64,000 nucleotides of DNA, from positions 62,001 to 126,000 of the forward strand of contig NIVC01000890.1 in NCBI GenBank assembly GCA_002269645.1, given 5' to 3'. Of the stretch, positions 51,901 through 63,517 are shown piece by piece; the first letter of the stretch is position 1, and each line of letters begins with the position of its first letter. The stretch is from Macrostomum lignano (lineage: Eukaryota). The translations under genes and the position numbers were made by a program. The notes below the pieces were generated by a model. The model was not told the DNA's origin. It saw nothing but the letters and a program-made list of their open reading frames with translations, and did not search any database.

Positions 51901-53990
51901 TTCCCATATTACTTTCTCCAGGCATACGTACTGAAAGTAACGGATATGTTCACTGAGGACACCAAAGAGTTCTATATTGATGACACTACTGACTCGGTGA
52001 TTGCTCAATTCATCGAAGATTTGGAATCGGGCAGGCTGTACAGAATCATGGTTCTCACCGATGCTGTTGGCGGTCAGAGCTTTGTGCCAATTGTGCTCAA
52101 AACCGGTGCGCTTTGTTTTGTGTTTCCTTGGCTTAATGGGGATTTTAATGTGATCAGCTGGGGTTGATCAGATATTCTCTGAGTGTTGGCAGATCCTCAG
52201 AGATCATGTGTAGCTTCGTGCACTGAGATCCCATACCCAAGTGAGGGATTAGTGAGTGATATCCCATACCTCAGTGAGGGATTAGTGAGTGAGATCCCAT
52301 ACCCCAGTGAGGGATTAGTGAGTGAGATCCCATACCCCAGTGAGGGATTAGTGAGTGAGATCCCATACCCCAGTGAGGGATTAGTGAGTGAGATCCCATA
52401 CCCCAGTGAGGGATTAGTGAGTGAGATCCCATACCCAGTGAGGGATTAGTGAGTGAGATCCCATACCCCAGTGAGGGATTAGTGAGTGAGATCCCATACC
52501 CAGTGAGGGATTAGTGAGTGAGATCCCATACCCCAGTGAGGGATTAGTTAGTGAGATCCCATACCCCAGTGAGAGATTAGTGCGTGAGATCCCATACCCC
52601 AGTGAGGGATTAGTGAGTAATATCCCATCCTCCGGATCTCCAGTCTGCGAACCTCAACCCACCCGTGCTCATGCTCTCAGATAATTTCGTTGCTACGCGA
52701 GCGGTTGCCGCTCATCTGGCGCCAGTCGAAGAGTCCGGCTGTCCGCTGGGCGATGGAAATTCTTTGCGCTGCCGACCTTTCGCCGTTGCCGTTCAATGGT
52801 CCAGCGATGTGCCGCGGCTGCTCAAGCGTGTCAAGGACCTGGGGAGACAGTTGGTTGCAGTTCAGGTTGGTTGTGATGTGGCTGCCTGCATCTCCCTTTG
52901 ATGGCTCCCTGCATCCGTTTGATAGCTCCCTGCATCTCCATTTGATAGCTCCCTGCATCTCCATTTGATAGCTCCCTGCATCTCACTTTAATAGCTCCCT
53001 GCATCTCCGTTTGATAGCTCCCTGCATCTCATCTTGATGACTCCTTGAGTCTCCCTTTGATGGCTCCCTGCATCCCATTTGATAGCTCCCTGCATCTCCG
53101 TTTGATAGCTCCTTGCATCTCCATTTGATATCTCCCTGCATCTCCGTTTGATAGCTCCCTGCATCTCCATTTGATATCTCCCTGCATCTCCGTTTAATAG
53201 CTCCCTGCATCTCCGTTTGATAGCTCCCTGCATCTCCGTTTGATAGCTCCCTGCCTCTCCGTTTGATAGCTCCCTGCATCTCCGTTTGATAGCTCCCTGC
53301 ATCTCCTTTTGATAGCTCCCTGCATCTCCGTTTGATAGCTCCCTGCATCTCCGTTTGATAGCTTCCTGCATCTCCATTTGATAGCTCCCTGCATCTCCGT
53401 TTGATAGCTCCCTGCATCTCCTTCACGCCCTGCACTGACTCCTTTCATCCCCTGCTCCCCTCCAGTACGAGGTGTTCGGCAAGCGGGCATGGGACTCGGC
53501 AAACGGATCGGCAATTGATCTGTCAGTCGGCCAGCTCTGGTACCAGTACAACAATTCAAATCTGAGCACTGAGCATTTCAGCATTGAGGCTTATCCCTGC
53601 CTGCCATTCTGCTCGTCAGGTTATCCTATTTACGAGATTCGAACCCGGGTCCTTCTACGATTAATGAATCGCGGAGATAACGCCGAACAGCTGGTGGTTT
53701 CGAGTTGGTTCTCAGCCCCGTCCCTCGTGAATCTGCCTGTTCAGTCACTGCCGATGACTCCGGTCTTGTGTCTACCCGACTCTCCTGGCTTCATCAGTTC
53801 CACTGGAATTGGTCTGTTAGCGGCTGGCTGTTCTGTTGCTGCCTGTCTGCTTTTGGGATTGGCAATTTTCGGGATGAGACGAAGAATTCAACGAAGGCGA
53901 TGGCTACAGCGAAGTCAGCTGCTCCTGGCTGAAGCCTATGATGACGCTTCCGGGAATCTGTTTCCCGAGCATGCTGCTGTGGGAAAGTAA
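45948..53990 (+). CDS. Type I membrane receptor: signal peptide, degenerate LDLa, FN3 repeats, TM and short tail; 11 exons, ~915 aa
   Basis: Exons 45948-46168, 46312-46424, 46511-46679, 47863-48338, 49472-49842, 50566-50846, 51182-51294, 51740-51849, 51922-52105, 52681-52865, 53466-53990. All GT-AG and phase-matched; total 2748 nt. LDLa: CQASQFQC...C...C...HCRDGSDVAFC. FN3 motifs: LEVAW..P, YNFTVDY, L.PATKYWVSVRA, PPRNV..LITWNAP, LESGRLYRIMV. TM: IGLLAAGCSVAACLLLGLAIFGM followed by RRR. Confidence 0.8.
46750..47400. repeat. ~21-bp minisatellite AATTAGTGTGAATGGTGTCAC, receptor intron 3
   Basis: Directly visible. Confidence 0.95.
47474..47790 (+). mobile_element. tRNA-derived SINE with CORE-like central domain
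   Basis: A-box TAGCGTAGTGG; B-box-like GGTTTGATTCT; central GTCCTTAAGCAAGACACTTAAC...CACCCAGCTGTAAAATGGGT; (ATT)n tail. Confidence 0.78.
48495..49420. repeat. 48/49-bp minisatellite with a partial 97-bp dimeric higher-order repeat, receptor intron 4
   Basis: CCAGGGGATTATTGTAATCCCAAATGGGGAGGAACTGCA(G/C)CTCCTT(A)AT; equivalent positions 49077, 49174, 49271. Confidence 0.96.
49890..50460. repeat. 28-bp minisatellite GGGATCTAAATCCCAAACTATATATATA, receptor intron 5
   Basis: Directly visible; degenerates toward the 3' end. Confidence 0.92.
51335..51630. repeat. Degenerate AAATCGGCCTTCAAATCTCAGTAAT repeat, receptor intron 7
   Basis: Recurring units. Confidence 0.8.
52215..52625. repeat. ~32-33-bp minisatellite GAGATCCCATACCCCAGTGAGGGATTAGTGAGT, receptor intron 9
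   Basis: About 12 units. Confidence 0.95.
52885..53425. repeat. 23-bp minisatellite TGATAGCTCCCTGCATCTCCGTT, receptor intron 10
   Basis: Directly visible. Confidence 0.95.
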
Positions 53991-54104
53991 CTACCAGATT
54001 GATGTTGATTCTCGATTCACGTTTCTTTTCACTTTGGCGCCGCATTCCTGCAAGTTTTTTGTTTTAATTTGTCATCAATAATCTGTAGCCGTTTGTAGTA
54101 GTTA

Positions 54105-54550
54105 CCGACCGTATTGAAGCAACCGGAAGTGGAATCCAATTTGAAGCAACCGGAAGTAGAAACCCATTTGAAGCAACCGGAAGTGGGGACCCATTGAAGC
54201 AACCGGAAATGGAAACTCATTTAAAGCAAGCGAAAGTGGGGATCCACTTGAAGCAACCGGAAGTGGGAACCCATTTAAAGCAATAGGAAGTCAAGTGGGA
54301 ACCCATTTGAAGCAATCGGAAATGTGAACCCATTGAAGCAACCGGAAGTGGGAACCCATTGAAGCAACCGAAAGTGGGAACCAATTGAAGCAACCGGAAG
54401 TTGAAACCAATTTAAAGCAACCGGAAGTGGGAACTCATTCGGAGCAACCGGAAGTGCGGACCCATTAAGCAACTAGAAGTGGGAACCCATTTGAAGTAAC
54501 TAGAAGTGGAAACCCCACTGTAGCAACAGGAACCGGAAGTGGGATGGGAA
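54105..54550. repeat. ~26-28-bp minisatellite GAAGCAACCGGAAGTGGGAACCCATT containing ETS-type cores
   Basis: About 16 units, roughly nine with a perfect ACCGGAAGT. Confidence 0.92.
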
Positions 54551-55519
54551 CCTATAAAAGTAACCAAAAGTGGGAATAAAATAATTCTACCGCATGTTCG
54601 AATAAATTTTATGCAACCAAAAATGGAATTGCGGGTTATTTTACTGCAAAAATTACGATACCACATCGAAGTAACCTTATTGTTGTTTCAAAACCTTCAT
54701 GAATAAACCATAATTGTTAAACACTTCTTATTCAAGAATGTTTTCTTCATACACTACTAGCTTATCAATCCTAGCCAAAGTACAATAGATTCGTAAATTA
54801 TATGAAAAGATACTAACCATAACAGCTTGCCTGATTTGTGACGTCAGACTTGGCAAAATTATTGTTATTGAATTAATCAGACTATTTTTCATGCATCTAA
54901 ACCAGCTCTGTTATTTGCATTGACTTCGCTCAGTAGATCACACAGTTGTACATTATTTTCAGTTTGGAAAATCTCACTAACCTTCCTTATTCAACTTTCA
55001 ACTATTTATTCTGTTTCTTTCAAATTCGCTTTGTAATTATTTCTTTTTTGTTGTATTCAAATGCAATTGCACTACTATCAGTAGAAGCGATGAAGCGGTA
55101 TGCAGTGTTGCTCTATTTTTGCTTTGTTTTAAACGAACGGATCCTTTTGACTTTTGGATGCTTTCTGTTGATCCAATGTAACTCCTGATCCATGTGATTA
55201 TATATATTTCAGATAATTAGACAGCTTTGTTTAAAACAGCGATTTGTTTTTTTACTTGCTGGTATTTCAAGTGCAAAGGCATATGATGTGAAAGTAGATA
55301 ATATATATAGTTTTAAAAGTGTAGGACCTCACCAAAATATTCACTGAACAAAAAGTTAAAGTATCTAGCAGAGAATAACATCAAGGGGGGCTCCAACGGA
55401 ATTTCGGGCAAATCACAACACGCAGAATACAGACATTGGTATACAGATATGCTCTTGTTATAACAAAATGAATCATTTGTTCTTCGCTAGAAAAATTAAA
55501 TGGCACATGACATTACGAC

Positions 55520-56765
55520 TCGGGGCGTCGCCTTGGATTTTATGATGGGGACAACGCCAAAGACAACACTAAATTGCTACAAAAATTTTTTGGGAATCGG
55601 TGTTGTTAGCGCTCATTTTGGCGCCGCAGACCTGCAGGCACTCATTTTGGCGCCGCAGACCTGCAGGCACTCATTTTGGCGCCGCAGACCTGCAGGCACT
55701 CATTTTGGTGGAGCAGACAGACACTCATTTTGGCGCCGCAGACAGGCGCTCATATTGGCGCCGCAGGCACTCATTTTGGCGCCGCAGACACAATCATTTT
55801 GGCGCCGCAGACACAATCATTTTGGTGCCGCAGACAGGCGCTCATTTTGGCGCCGCAGACACTCATTTTGATGGAGCAGACAGACACTCCTATTGGCGCC
55901 GCAGACAGGCGCTCATATTGGCGCCGCAGGCACTCATTTTGGCGCCGCAGACAGGCGCTCATATTGGCGCCGCAGGCACTCATTTTGGCGCCGCAGACAC
56001 AATCATTTTGGTGCCGCAGACAGGCGCTCATTTTGGCGCCGCAGACACAATCATTTTGGCGCCGCAGACACTCATTTTGATGGAGCAGACAGACACTCAT
56101 ATTGGCGCCGCAGACACTCATATTGGCGCCGCAGACAGGCGCTCATTTTCGCGCCGCAGACAATCATTTTGGCGCCGCAGACACAATCATTTTGGTGCCG
56201 CAGACACAATCATTTTGGTGCCGCAGACAGGCGCTCATTTTGGCGCCGCAGACACAATCATTTTGGCGCCGCAGACACTCATTTTGATGGAGCAGACAGA
56301 CACTCATATTGGCGCCGCAGACACTCATATTGGCGCCGCAGACAGGCGCTCATTTTCGCGCCGCAGACAATCATTTTGGCGCCGCAGACACAATCATTTT
56401 GGTGCCGCAGACACAATCATTTTGGTGCCGCAGACAGGCGCTCATTTTGGCGCCGCAGACACAATCATTTTGGCGCCGCAGACCACAATCATTTTGGCAC
56501 CGCAAGCACTCATTTTGGCGCCGCAGACAGAATCATTTTGGCGCCGCAGACAGGCGCTCATATTGGCGCCGCAGACAGGCGCTCATATTGGCGCCGCAGA
56601 CACAAATCATTTTGGGGCCACAGGCAGTCAGGCACTTGAAGCAAAATTCTTAATTTCCATAAACGCGGTCACAATTTGTGGGACGGGGGACAAAGCATTG
56701 GCATGTTCTCCCATGGCTTTTGCGGAGGGACATGTCCCCTGTCCATTCCTGTGGCGACGCCCCTG
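55520..56765 (-). mobile_element. hAT-like MITE (same family as 44410-44803) with the internal repeat expanded to ~1 kb
   Basis: Ends TCGGGGCGTCGCC / TGGCGACGCCCCTG; subterminal sequence (GACATGTC, CATGCCAATGCTTTGTCCCC, ACAACACCGATTC, ATAAAATCCA) shared with copy A in reverse; internal CATTTTGGCGCCGCAGAC units. Confidence 0.75.
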
Positions 56766-57102
56766 CGTAGAGATGCTGTGAGCGAAAAAATAATTATATG
56801 TAAGATTTAATAACCAACGAAAAATAATATATTTTGGGACCTGCACGACTCCACTGACACCCCGAATTTGAAGCAGCTATGCTGTTGAACATGAAATTGA
56901 TGAGCAAATTTATGCATGCTTTATTTAAACAGCCATGTCTCTTATGCCGAATCAGTTGACCAGAAAATGACGCAATTAATTAAATGTGATGCATGCCAAA
57001 GTTGTCAATATCAGTTAAAGCTGCATGTCTGCATCTGAAATGATTTTTTCAATGCAGTGGAAATATATATAGCATTCGGATTCTCATGTACTGGCTTTAA
57101 AT

Positions 57103-57984
57103 CAATGGCATACGCGGAAAGGCCCCGGGTACCTACCCCCCCCCCCCCCAATCACCTCTAAGATGGCCCTCCAAAACTATAAATGAAAGGGGCAAACAAA
57201 AGCTCGACAATGGCAGGAGCGATCGAGACTGCTAACTACTCTTACACATGGCATCCACCGGCCTAGGAGACAGCTCGCTGGGGCGCCCAACCAGGAGACA
57301 GGGGCGCCCATACACCAAGTCACAGGGGCGCCTACCAAGAGACAGGGGCGCCCGACAAGAGACAGGGGCGCCCATCCAAGAGACAGGGGCGCCCAACCAA
57401 GAGACAGGGGCGCCCAACCAAGAGACAGGGGTGCCAAACAAGAGACAGGGGCGCCCAACCAAGAGACGGGGGCGCCCGACAAGAGACAGGGGCGCCCATC
57501 CAAGAGAAAGGGGCGCCCAACCAAGAGACAGGGGTGCCCAACCAAGAGACAGGGGCGCCCAACCAAGAGACAGGGGCGCCCAACCAAGAGACAGGGGTGC
57601 CCAACCAAGAGACAGGGGCGCCAAACAAGAGACAGGGGTGCCCACCAAGAGACAGGGGCGTCTACCAAGAGACAGGGGTGCCCACCAAGAGACAGGGGCG
57701 TCCACCAAGAGACAGGGGTGCCCACCAAGAGACAGGGGCGCCCACCAAGAGACAGGGGTGCCCACCAAGAGACAGGGGCGCCCGACAAGAGACAGGGGCG
57801 CCCAACCAAAGACGGGGCCGCCCACTAGAAGACACAGGGGCGCCCATGCACCAAGTCACAGGGGTGCAACCACCTAGGAGACAGGGACGCCAAGCAAAGT
57901 CACCAAACATTGGCGCCGCATATACATGTATATATAGGGTTGCACCCTATCCATTTAAAATTTCTGAGTACCCATACGCCACTG
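57103..57984. mobile_element. Possible degenerate hAT-like element containing a 21-bp array (ACCAAGAGACAGGGGCGCCCA, 57280-57890)
   Basis: The array is certain. The ends CAATGGCATACG / CATACGCCACTG are a 9/12 inverted match; no TSD. Confidence 0.4.
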
Positions 57985-58133
57985 GCTGCTTCAAAATAAC
58001 CCTATACAGAAGTTATGTACATTAGGTTAGGTATAACTATGAGTACACGTCACGCATGCATGTACAACTTAGAAGTACTTTATCGGATGTACACATGTAT
58101 ATCCCTTACTGTCAGTGATGATTAAAGCCGATG

Positions 58134-60283
58134 CTAACTCGTCGACTCCTGAGTTGCATTCCGCTCCTCTTGACCGCCTGTCGATCCATTATTGTTCCCT
58201 GTGGGCAGCTCGGCATTGTCCTGAGGTTCGTCCTCCGTCGCCTCACCTGGATAGTCCAGACTGCGATAGGCTCGCAGGGTGAGCAGCAGTGAGAACACGC
58301 TGAGCACCAGCATGCTGAGAAATACCAACCACGGCACGAACTGCAGGGAGCCGCCAATCAGCGGTCCGACTAGAATTGACAGTGCGATGACGCTGCGAAA
58401 CACGCCCTGGGCGATGTCCATCTCGCCCACTGGTACACTTTTTGTGTACAGACTCTCCGGCAGGGCGAAGGTGAACGGCATGCCAATCACGTGACCGGTG
58501 ATGCCCAGCAGCACCAAGGTGATGTACAGAGTTGGCTTGGCTCGTTCTACAAAAATCAGAGCCATAAAGTTCCAGAAGTACGCGCCGATGAGGATGCAAA
58601 TGCCGGTCAGCAGAAGCAGTCGGTCTTCGAATTTGGCCGATAAGAATTTCACGACCAGGTAGACGAAGATGACTAGGATTCCAGCGCCCAGGTACACCTG
58701 CATGGTTTGGTTGAGAAAGTAAGCTTGGGGCTTTAGCACTAGAGGCTTTAGCACCAGGGGCTTTAGCACCAGGGGCTTTAGCACCAGGGACTTTAGCACC
58801 AGGGGCTTTAGCACCAGGGGCTTTAGCACCAGGGACTTTAGCACCAGGGGCTTTAGCACCAAGGCTTTAGCACTAGGGGCTTTAGCACCAGGGGCTTTAG
58901 CACCAAGGCTTTAGCACCAGGGGCTTTAGCACCAGGGGCTTTAGCACCAGGGGCTTTAGCACCAGGGGCTTTAGCACCAGGGGCTTTAGCACCAGGGGCT
59001 TTAGCACCAGGGGCTTTAGCACCAGGGGCTTTAGCACCAGGGGCTTTAGCACCAGGGGCTTTAGCACCAGGGGCTTTAGCACCAGGGGCTTTAGCACCAG
59101 GGGCTTTAGCACCAGGGGCTTTAGCACCAGGGGCTTTAGCACCAGGGGCTTTAGCACCAAGGGCTTTAGCACCAAGGGCTTTAGCACCAAGGGCGCCAGC
59201 ACCAAGGGCGCCAGCACCAGGGGCTTTAGCACCAAGGGCTTTAGCACCAAGGGCGCCAGCACCAAGGGCGCCAGCACCAGGGGCTTTAGCACCAAGGGCG
59301 CCAGCACCAAGGGCGCCAGCACCAAGGGCTTTAGCACCAAGGGCGCCAGCACCAAGGGCGCCAGCACCAAGGGCTTTAGCACCAAGGGCGCCAGCACCAA
59401 GGGCGCCAGCACCAAGGGCGCCAGCACCAAGGGCGCCAGCACCAAGGGCGCCAGCACCAAGGGCGCCAGCACCAAGGGCGCCAGCACCAAGGGCTTTAGC
59501 ACCAAGGGCGCCAGCACCAAGGGCGCCAGCACCAAGGGCGCCAGCACCAAGGGCGCCAGCACCAAGGGCGCCAGCACCAAGGGCGCCAGCACCAAGGGCG
59601 CCAGCACCAAGGGCGCCAGCACCAAGGGCGCCAGCACCAAGGGCGCCAGCACCAAGGGCGCCAGCACCAAGGGCGCCAGCACCAAGGGCGCCAGCACCAA
59701 GGGCGCCAGCACCAAGGGCGCCAGCACCAAGGGCGCCAGCACCAAGGGCGCCAGCACCAAGGGCGCCAGCACCAAGGGCGCCAGCACCAGGGGCTTTAGC
59801 ACCAAGGGCGCCAGCACCAAGGGCGCCAGCACCAAGGGCGCCAGCACCAAGGGCGCCAGCACCAAGGGCGCCAGCACCAAGGGCGCCAGCACCAAGGGCG
59901 CCAGCACCAAGGGCGCCAGCACCAAGGGCGCCAGCACCAAGGGCGCCAGCACCAAGGGCGCCAGCACCAAGGGCGCCAGCACCAAGGGCGCCAGCACCAA
60001 GGGCGCCAGCACCAAGGGCGCCAGCACCAAGGGCGCCAGCACCAAGGGCGCCAGCACCAAGGGCGCCAGCACCAGGTACACTGCCTCCTGCCTTTCACCT
60101 GAGTCGCTCACCAAGCTAGTGTTAAACTCGTCCCACCCGAAGTAGCGGTTCGCGGCTGGCGGCAGCACAGCTTCCAACGCCATCAAGTTGAAATAGCTCG
60201 AGAAGGTGACGAATAGCATCGCGAAGGTGTCAATTTTTAAGTAGAGCTTCATCTTGTCCATGCTAAAGCACGATGGCTGATCT

Positions 60284-60318
<35 letters not shown>

Positions 60319-60596
60319 AGGCTCTGCTTCCGCAACCTGAGACGACGCCTCGTGCAGCGCGTCGTAGGAAGCACTGCGCGACGGCTTCTGGCTGGTGTCG
60401 GTGGACTCGGCAGCCACTTCGTCGCCATTGCCGCCAGCAAATCGACTGTGACTGATGGTCGGGTAGATGGCGATGATGGCGATGGTGTGCACGGCCCACA
60501 GCAGGGCCATGAACAGGCCCGGCGAGTTGTACACGTCGATGACGAATTTCTTCACCTTGTAGCGAAGCGGGTGCATCAGGAGGGTCAGAGCCGGGC
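58134..60596 (-). CDS. MFS transporter, MFSD8/CLN7-like; last two exons only, 5' exons not located
   Basis: Exons 60596-60112 (phase 1 in) and 58697-58134, joined in phase 0 as EFNTSL|VYLGAG. Multiple TM helices; GPALTLL, YNSPGLFMALLW, ESLYTKSVP..EMDIAQGVFRSV..LSILVGPLIGG; polyQ in the central loop. Confidence 0.85.
58728..60075. repeat. 15-bp minisatellite in the MFS intron with two zones (GGGCTTTAGCACCAG and GGGCGCCAGCACCAA)
   Basis: About 90 units, with mixed units at ~59160-59500. Confidence 0.97.
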
Positions 60597-60699
60597 CTGC
60601 AGTGTGGGTGATGAGTCATGGAAAGTATTGCGTTCTCGGACAACTGAAGATCGCTGAGATTGGCAATGTAGGACACTCCTAGCTGGTAAATGCTGGTTT

Positions 60700-61090
60700 A
60701 TAATGTAGATGTAGATGAGGATGTACAGATGAGGATGTACAGATAAGGATGTACAGATGAGGATGTACAGATGAATATTTACAGATGAGGATGTAGATGA
60801 GGATGTAGACGAGGATGTACAGATGAGGATTTAAATGAGGATGTAGAGATGCATATAATGATGTAGATACATCCTCATCTACATCATCTCCTTATTTATG
60901 CATCCTTATTTACATCCTCATCTACATCCTAAACTCTACACCTAAGGATCTAGATGAGGATGCACAGATGAGGATGTAGATGATTATGTAAATTAGAATA
61001 CATATGACGATTTGGATGGGGATGTACCGATGAGAATGTACAGAAAAGAGATGCAAATGGATAGGAACGTCAATGATGATGTAGATAGGC
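60700..61090. repeat. Low-complexity GATGAGGATGTA(CA) repeat with a local inversion (~60865-60930)
   Basis: ...GATGTAGA|TACATCCTCATCTACATC forms a palindromic junction. Confidence 0.75.
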
Positions 61091-62489
61091 CTAAAAATTT
61101 AAAATTAATGAGTATAAAATCGTAGTTTTATGATTTTTATATCATCTTATTAGCAAAAAAAACATCAGCCGCGGAATTGAAGCGAAAAAATATCTGAAGA
61201 AGTGTAGTAATCCTAGCAATAAAATGCTTGTTTTAATATAGGAGTTCAAGTCACAAAGGCGTGCCGTCCGTGATGCGTTTTTACGGCAGTCCCCCTGCGC
61301 ACTGTCAGCCTCCTTAACCTGCCGGAACCTCGTCTGTAGCTAGCGCAGGTTTGGGCGCCGCACTAAGCGCATTGCGGGACCGTGTGTGGGACACACGGGG
61401 AGAGAGCCGAGAGAAAATAGGATTTAGTGGGCCTTAAAGCTCTGGGACGTTAAATCCCGAGCACTTGTTGTCGGCCTGACGTGCTGTGCGTGGGCACTGG
61501 GCAGATTGCCATGCAGGCGGCTTCAGGGTGCTGTTGGAATTTCCCCAGATTGCTCAGTAGCAAAGCTCACGCAAGCAGAGGGAGCATATTTTATGGGCAG
61601 AGTGTCATAGAGAAGCAAACTGGATAGGGTGAACAATTAAGTTGGATATTTTGGGAGGTGCTCAATTCCAAGAGCAGTGGTCGATATGAACTGAATCTCT
61701 TTCTGCTCTGCTCTCTTCCAAAGCTACCTTGCTGGGGCGTTTTGTGCCCGACCCAAGAAGTTTTTTCTACTGTAAAAATATAGCGTCAGGTTATTGCATA
61801 AAAAAACACTTGAGCATAGATTTCCCTCGAGACTGCTCAGGCTAGTGCGCACGTACGTACTCCAAAAAGCTGCATGAAATCTCTTGCTTGGACTTCCGTC
61901 CGAGGAACTCAAGCATTAGCTAACTGAGTTTGTTTGCACGCATTATTGGAGGGGAGGACAAACGCAATCGATTTCTCCCATACGACTTGTCTGCGACACG
62001 ACAGGACTGACTGCGCGCAGACAGAAGACAGCCAACAATGGGCTCTGTCGAGATTTGCTGATCTACAGCGGAAGTGAGACGAATGAAGAAAAAGCAGAAA
62101 GGTGCACACGAAGCACACTTGGTAGAGAGGCGATCGGGTTGGAATTGCGACCTGAGTGTGAGCGAACTAAGCTGAGACAATGGGGATCGGACTTTCACTT
62201 GGGGGAAGTAGATCCTGTGTCCGACGGCTTTCTCAGCGTCACACATCAACTAAAGCAGAGTGTACTAAAGCTAAAAAAAATTGAACACGCTCAACATACG
62301 ATCCTATGGTTGATTGGTCATCTGATTTGTTTACTTTTTCATGCTAACAATAAATTTTCAGGGAATCGGTGAATGAAATTTCGTCTTGAATTTAAACGAG
62401 ATGGGATGAAAAAATGCAAAGAGCGAAGGCTGAAGTTTGCATTGTGTCTAGTGACTTCTTGAGAATTCTGTGCAGCATTGGTAGTGCAG

Positions 62490-62760
62490 ATTGAAAAGTA
62501 GTACAGTCAGGCATGGTAACCCTTAGGGAAAAATCCGCAGTGAGGAATGCCCAGTGTGCCTCTCCGGTGTCGAGAATGCAGAGCACTTCATCTGTGAATG
62601 CCCCGCCTTTACTCAGGACAGGCTCACCTATCTTGGCCCAAACCCGAACCTCTCCGACGTTCACAGGCTCGAGAACCTCTGCCCAGATAGTCTGCTATCT
62701 AAGGGCTACCAACGGCCGGGAGCGACCATCCACTTCCTGGACTCTTCAGAGGAGGACCGC
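62490..62760 (+). mobile_element. Non-LTR retrotransposon 3' fragment, related to 21000-21330
   Basis: RHGN...EECPVCLSGVENAEHFICECPAFTQDRLTYLG. Confidence 0.65.
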
Positions 62761-63323
62761 GCTGCATCCGCTGCATCCCTGCAGCTGTGTCAAGTTAAGA
62801 GCTGTCTAAATTGCAGGTATTGGTTTTGTTAAAACAGACAGCATGGGAAATGGCCCGTAGTCAATGTTTAAATTCTATGATACTGTCATATTGGAAGTTC
62901 AAAAGTACGTAAAAAAGACCAGGAAAATTGCAATTTCTACTACACCATATTGCATCTTATTCTTAGCATCGAGCAAATCTGAAGTCTTAAATCAGAAATG
63001 GTGATTGCTTTGCCACCCAGAAAGAGCGAGGTTAAAGCCACGCTTGATCAGTTTTGGCCTGGGCCGAGTCCCAGCGGACTGCATTAAACCCATACGATTG
63101 GCACAGTGCACCTATTGCCATAGCAGAAATATGAAAATTTCATTTACGCAATTCTCTCGACTTCTATGCGGCATGGAACTGCAATTTGAATTTTTTTACG
63201 CCCAGTCACAAATCAGGCTGTAAGAGTAGCTGTTGAGTCCTTTTGAGTCCCCTGTTTGAAACCAGCGACCAGTGTTTTCTCTCTCGATTTTTCCGAATTT
63301 ACAAAACCATATTTACAAAACCA

Positions 63324-63517
63324 GTCAGAAGAGTCGCTAAACTTTATGTCAGGTTGTCAGAAGAGTCGCTAAACTTTATGTCAGGTTGTCAGAAGAGTCG
63401 CTAAACTTTATGTCAGGTTGTCAGAAGAGTCGCTAAACTTTACGTCAGGTTGTCAGAAGAGTCGCTAAACTTTACGTCAGGTTGTCAGAAGAGTCGCTAA
63501 ACTTTACGTCAGGTTGT
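63324..63517. repeat. 6 x 32-bp tandem repeat AAGAGTCGCTAAACTTTA(T/C)GTCAGGTTGTCAG
   Basis: Period 32 (63361, 63393, 63425...), no spacers. Confidence 0.95.

Noticed and set aside
55600-57877. ORFs of 200-390 aa (LILAPQ, WAPLSL repeats)
   Set aside because: 21-bp-based arrays within MITE-like elements
58897-60576. 559-aa ORF with an (LAPLV)n/(LKPLV)n domain
   Set aside because: Read-through of the MFS exon into the intronic 15-bp array; a GT donor at 60111 and AG acceptor at 58698 give a clean MFS protein
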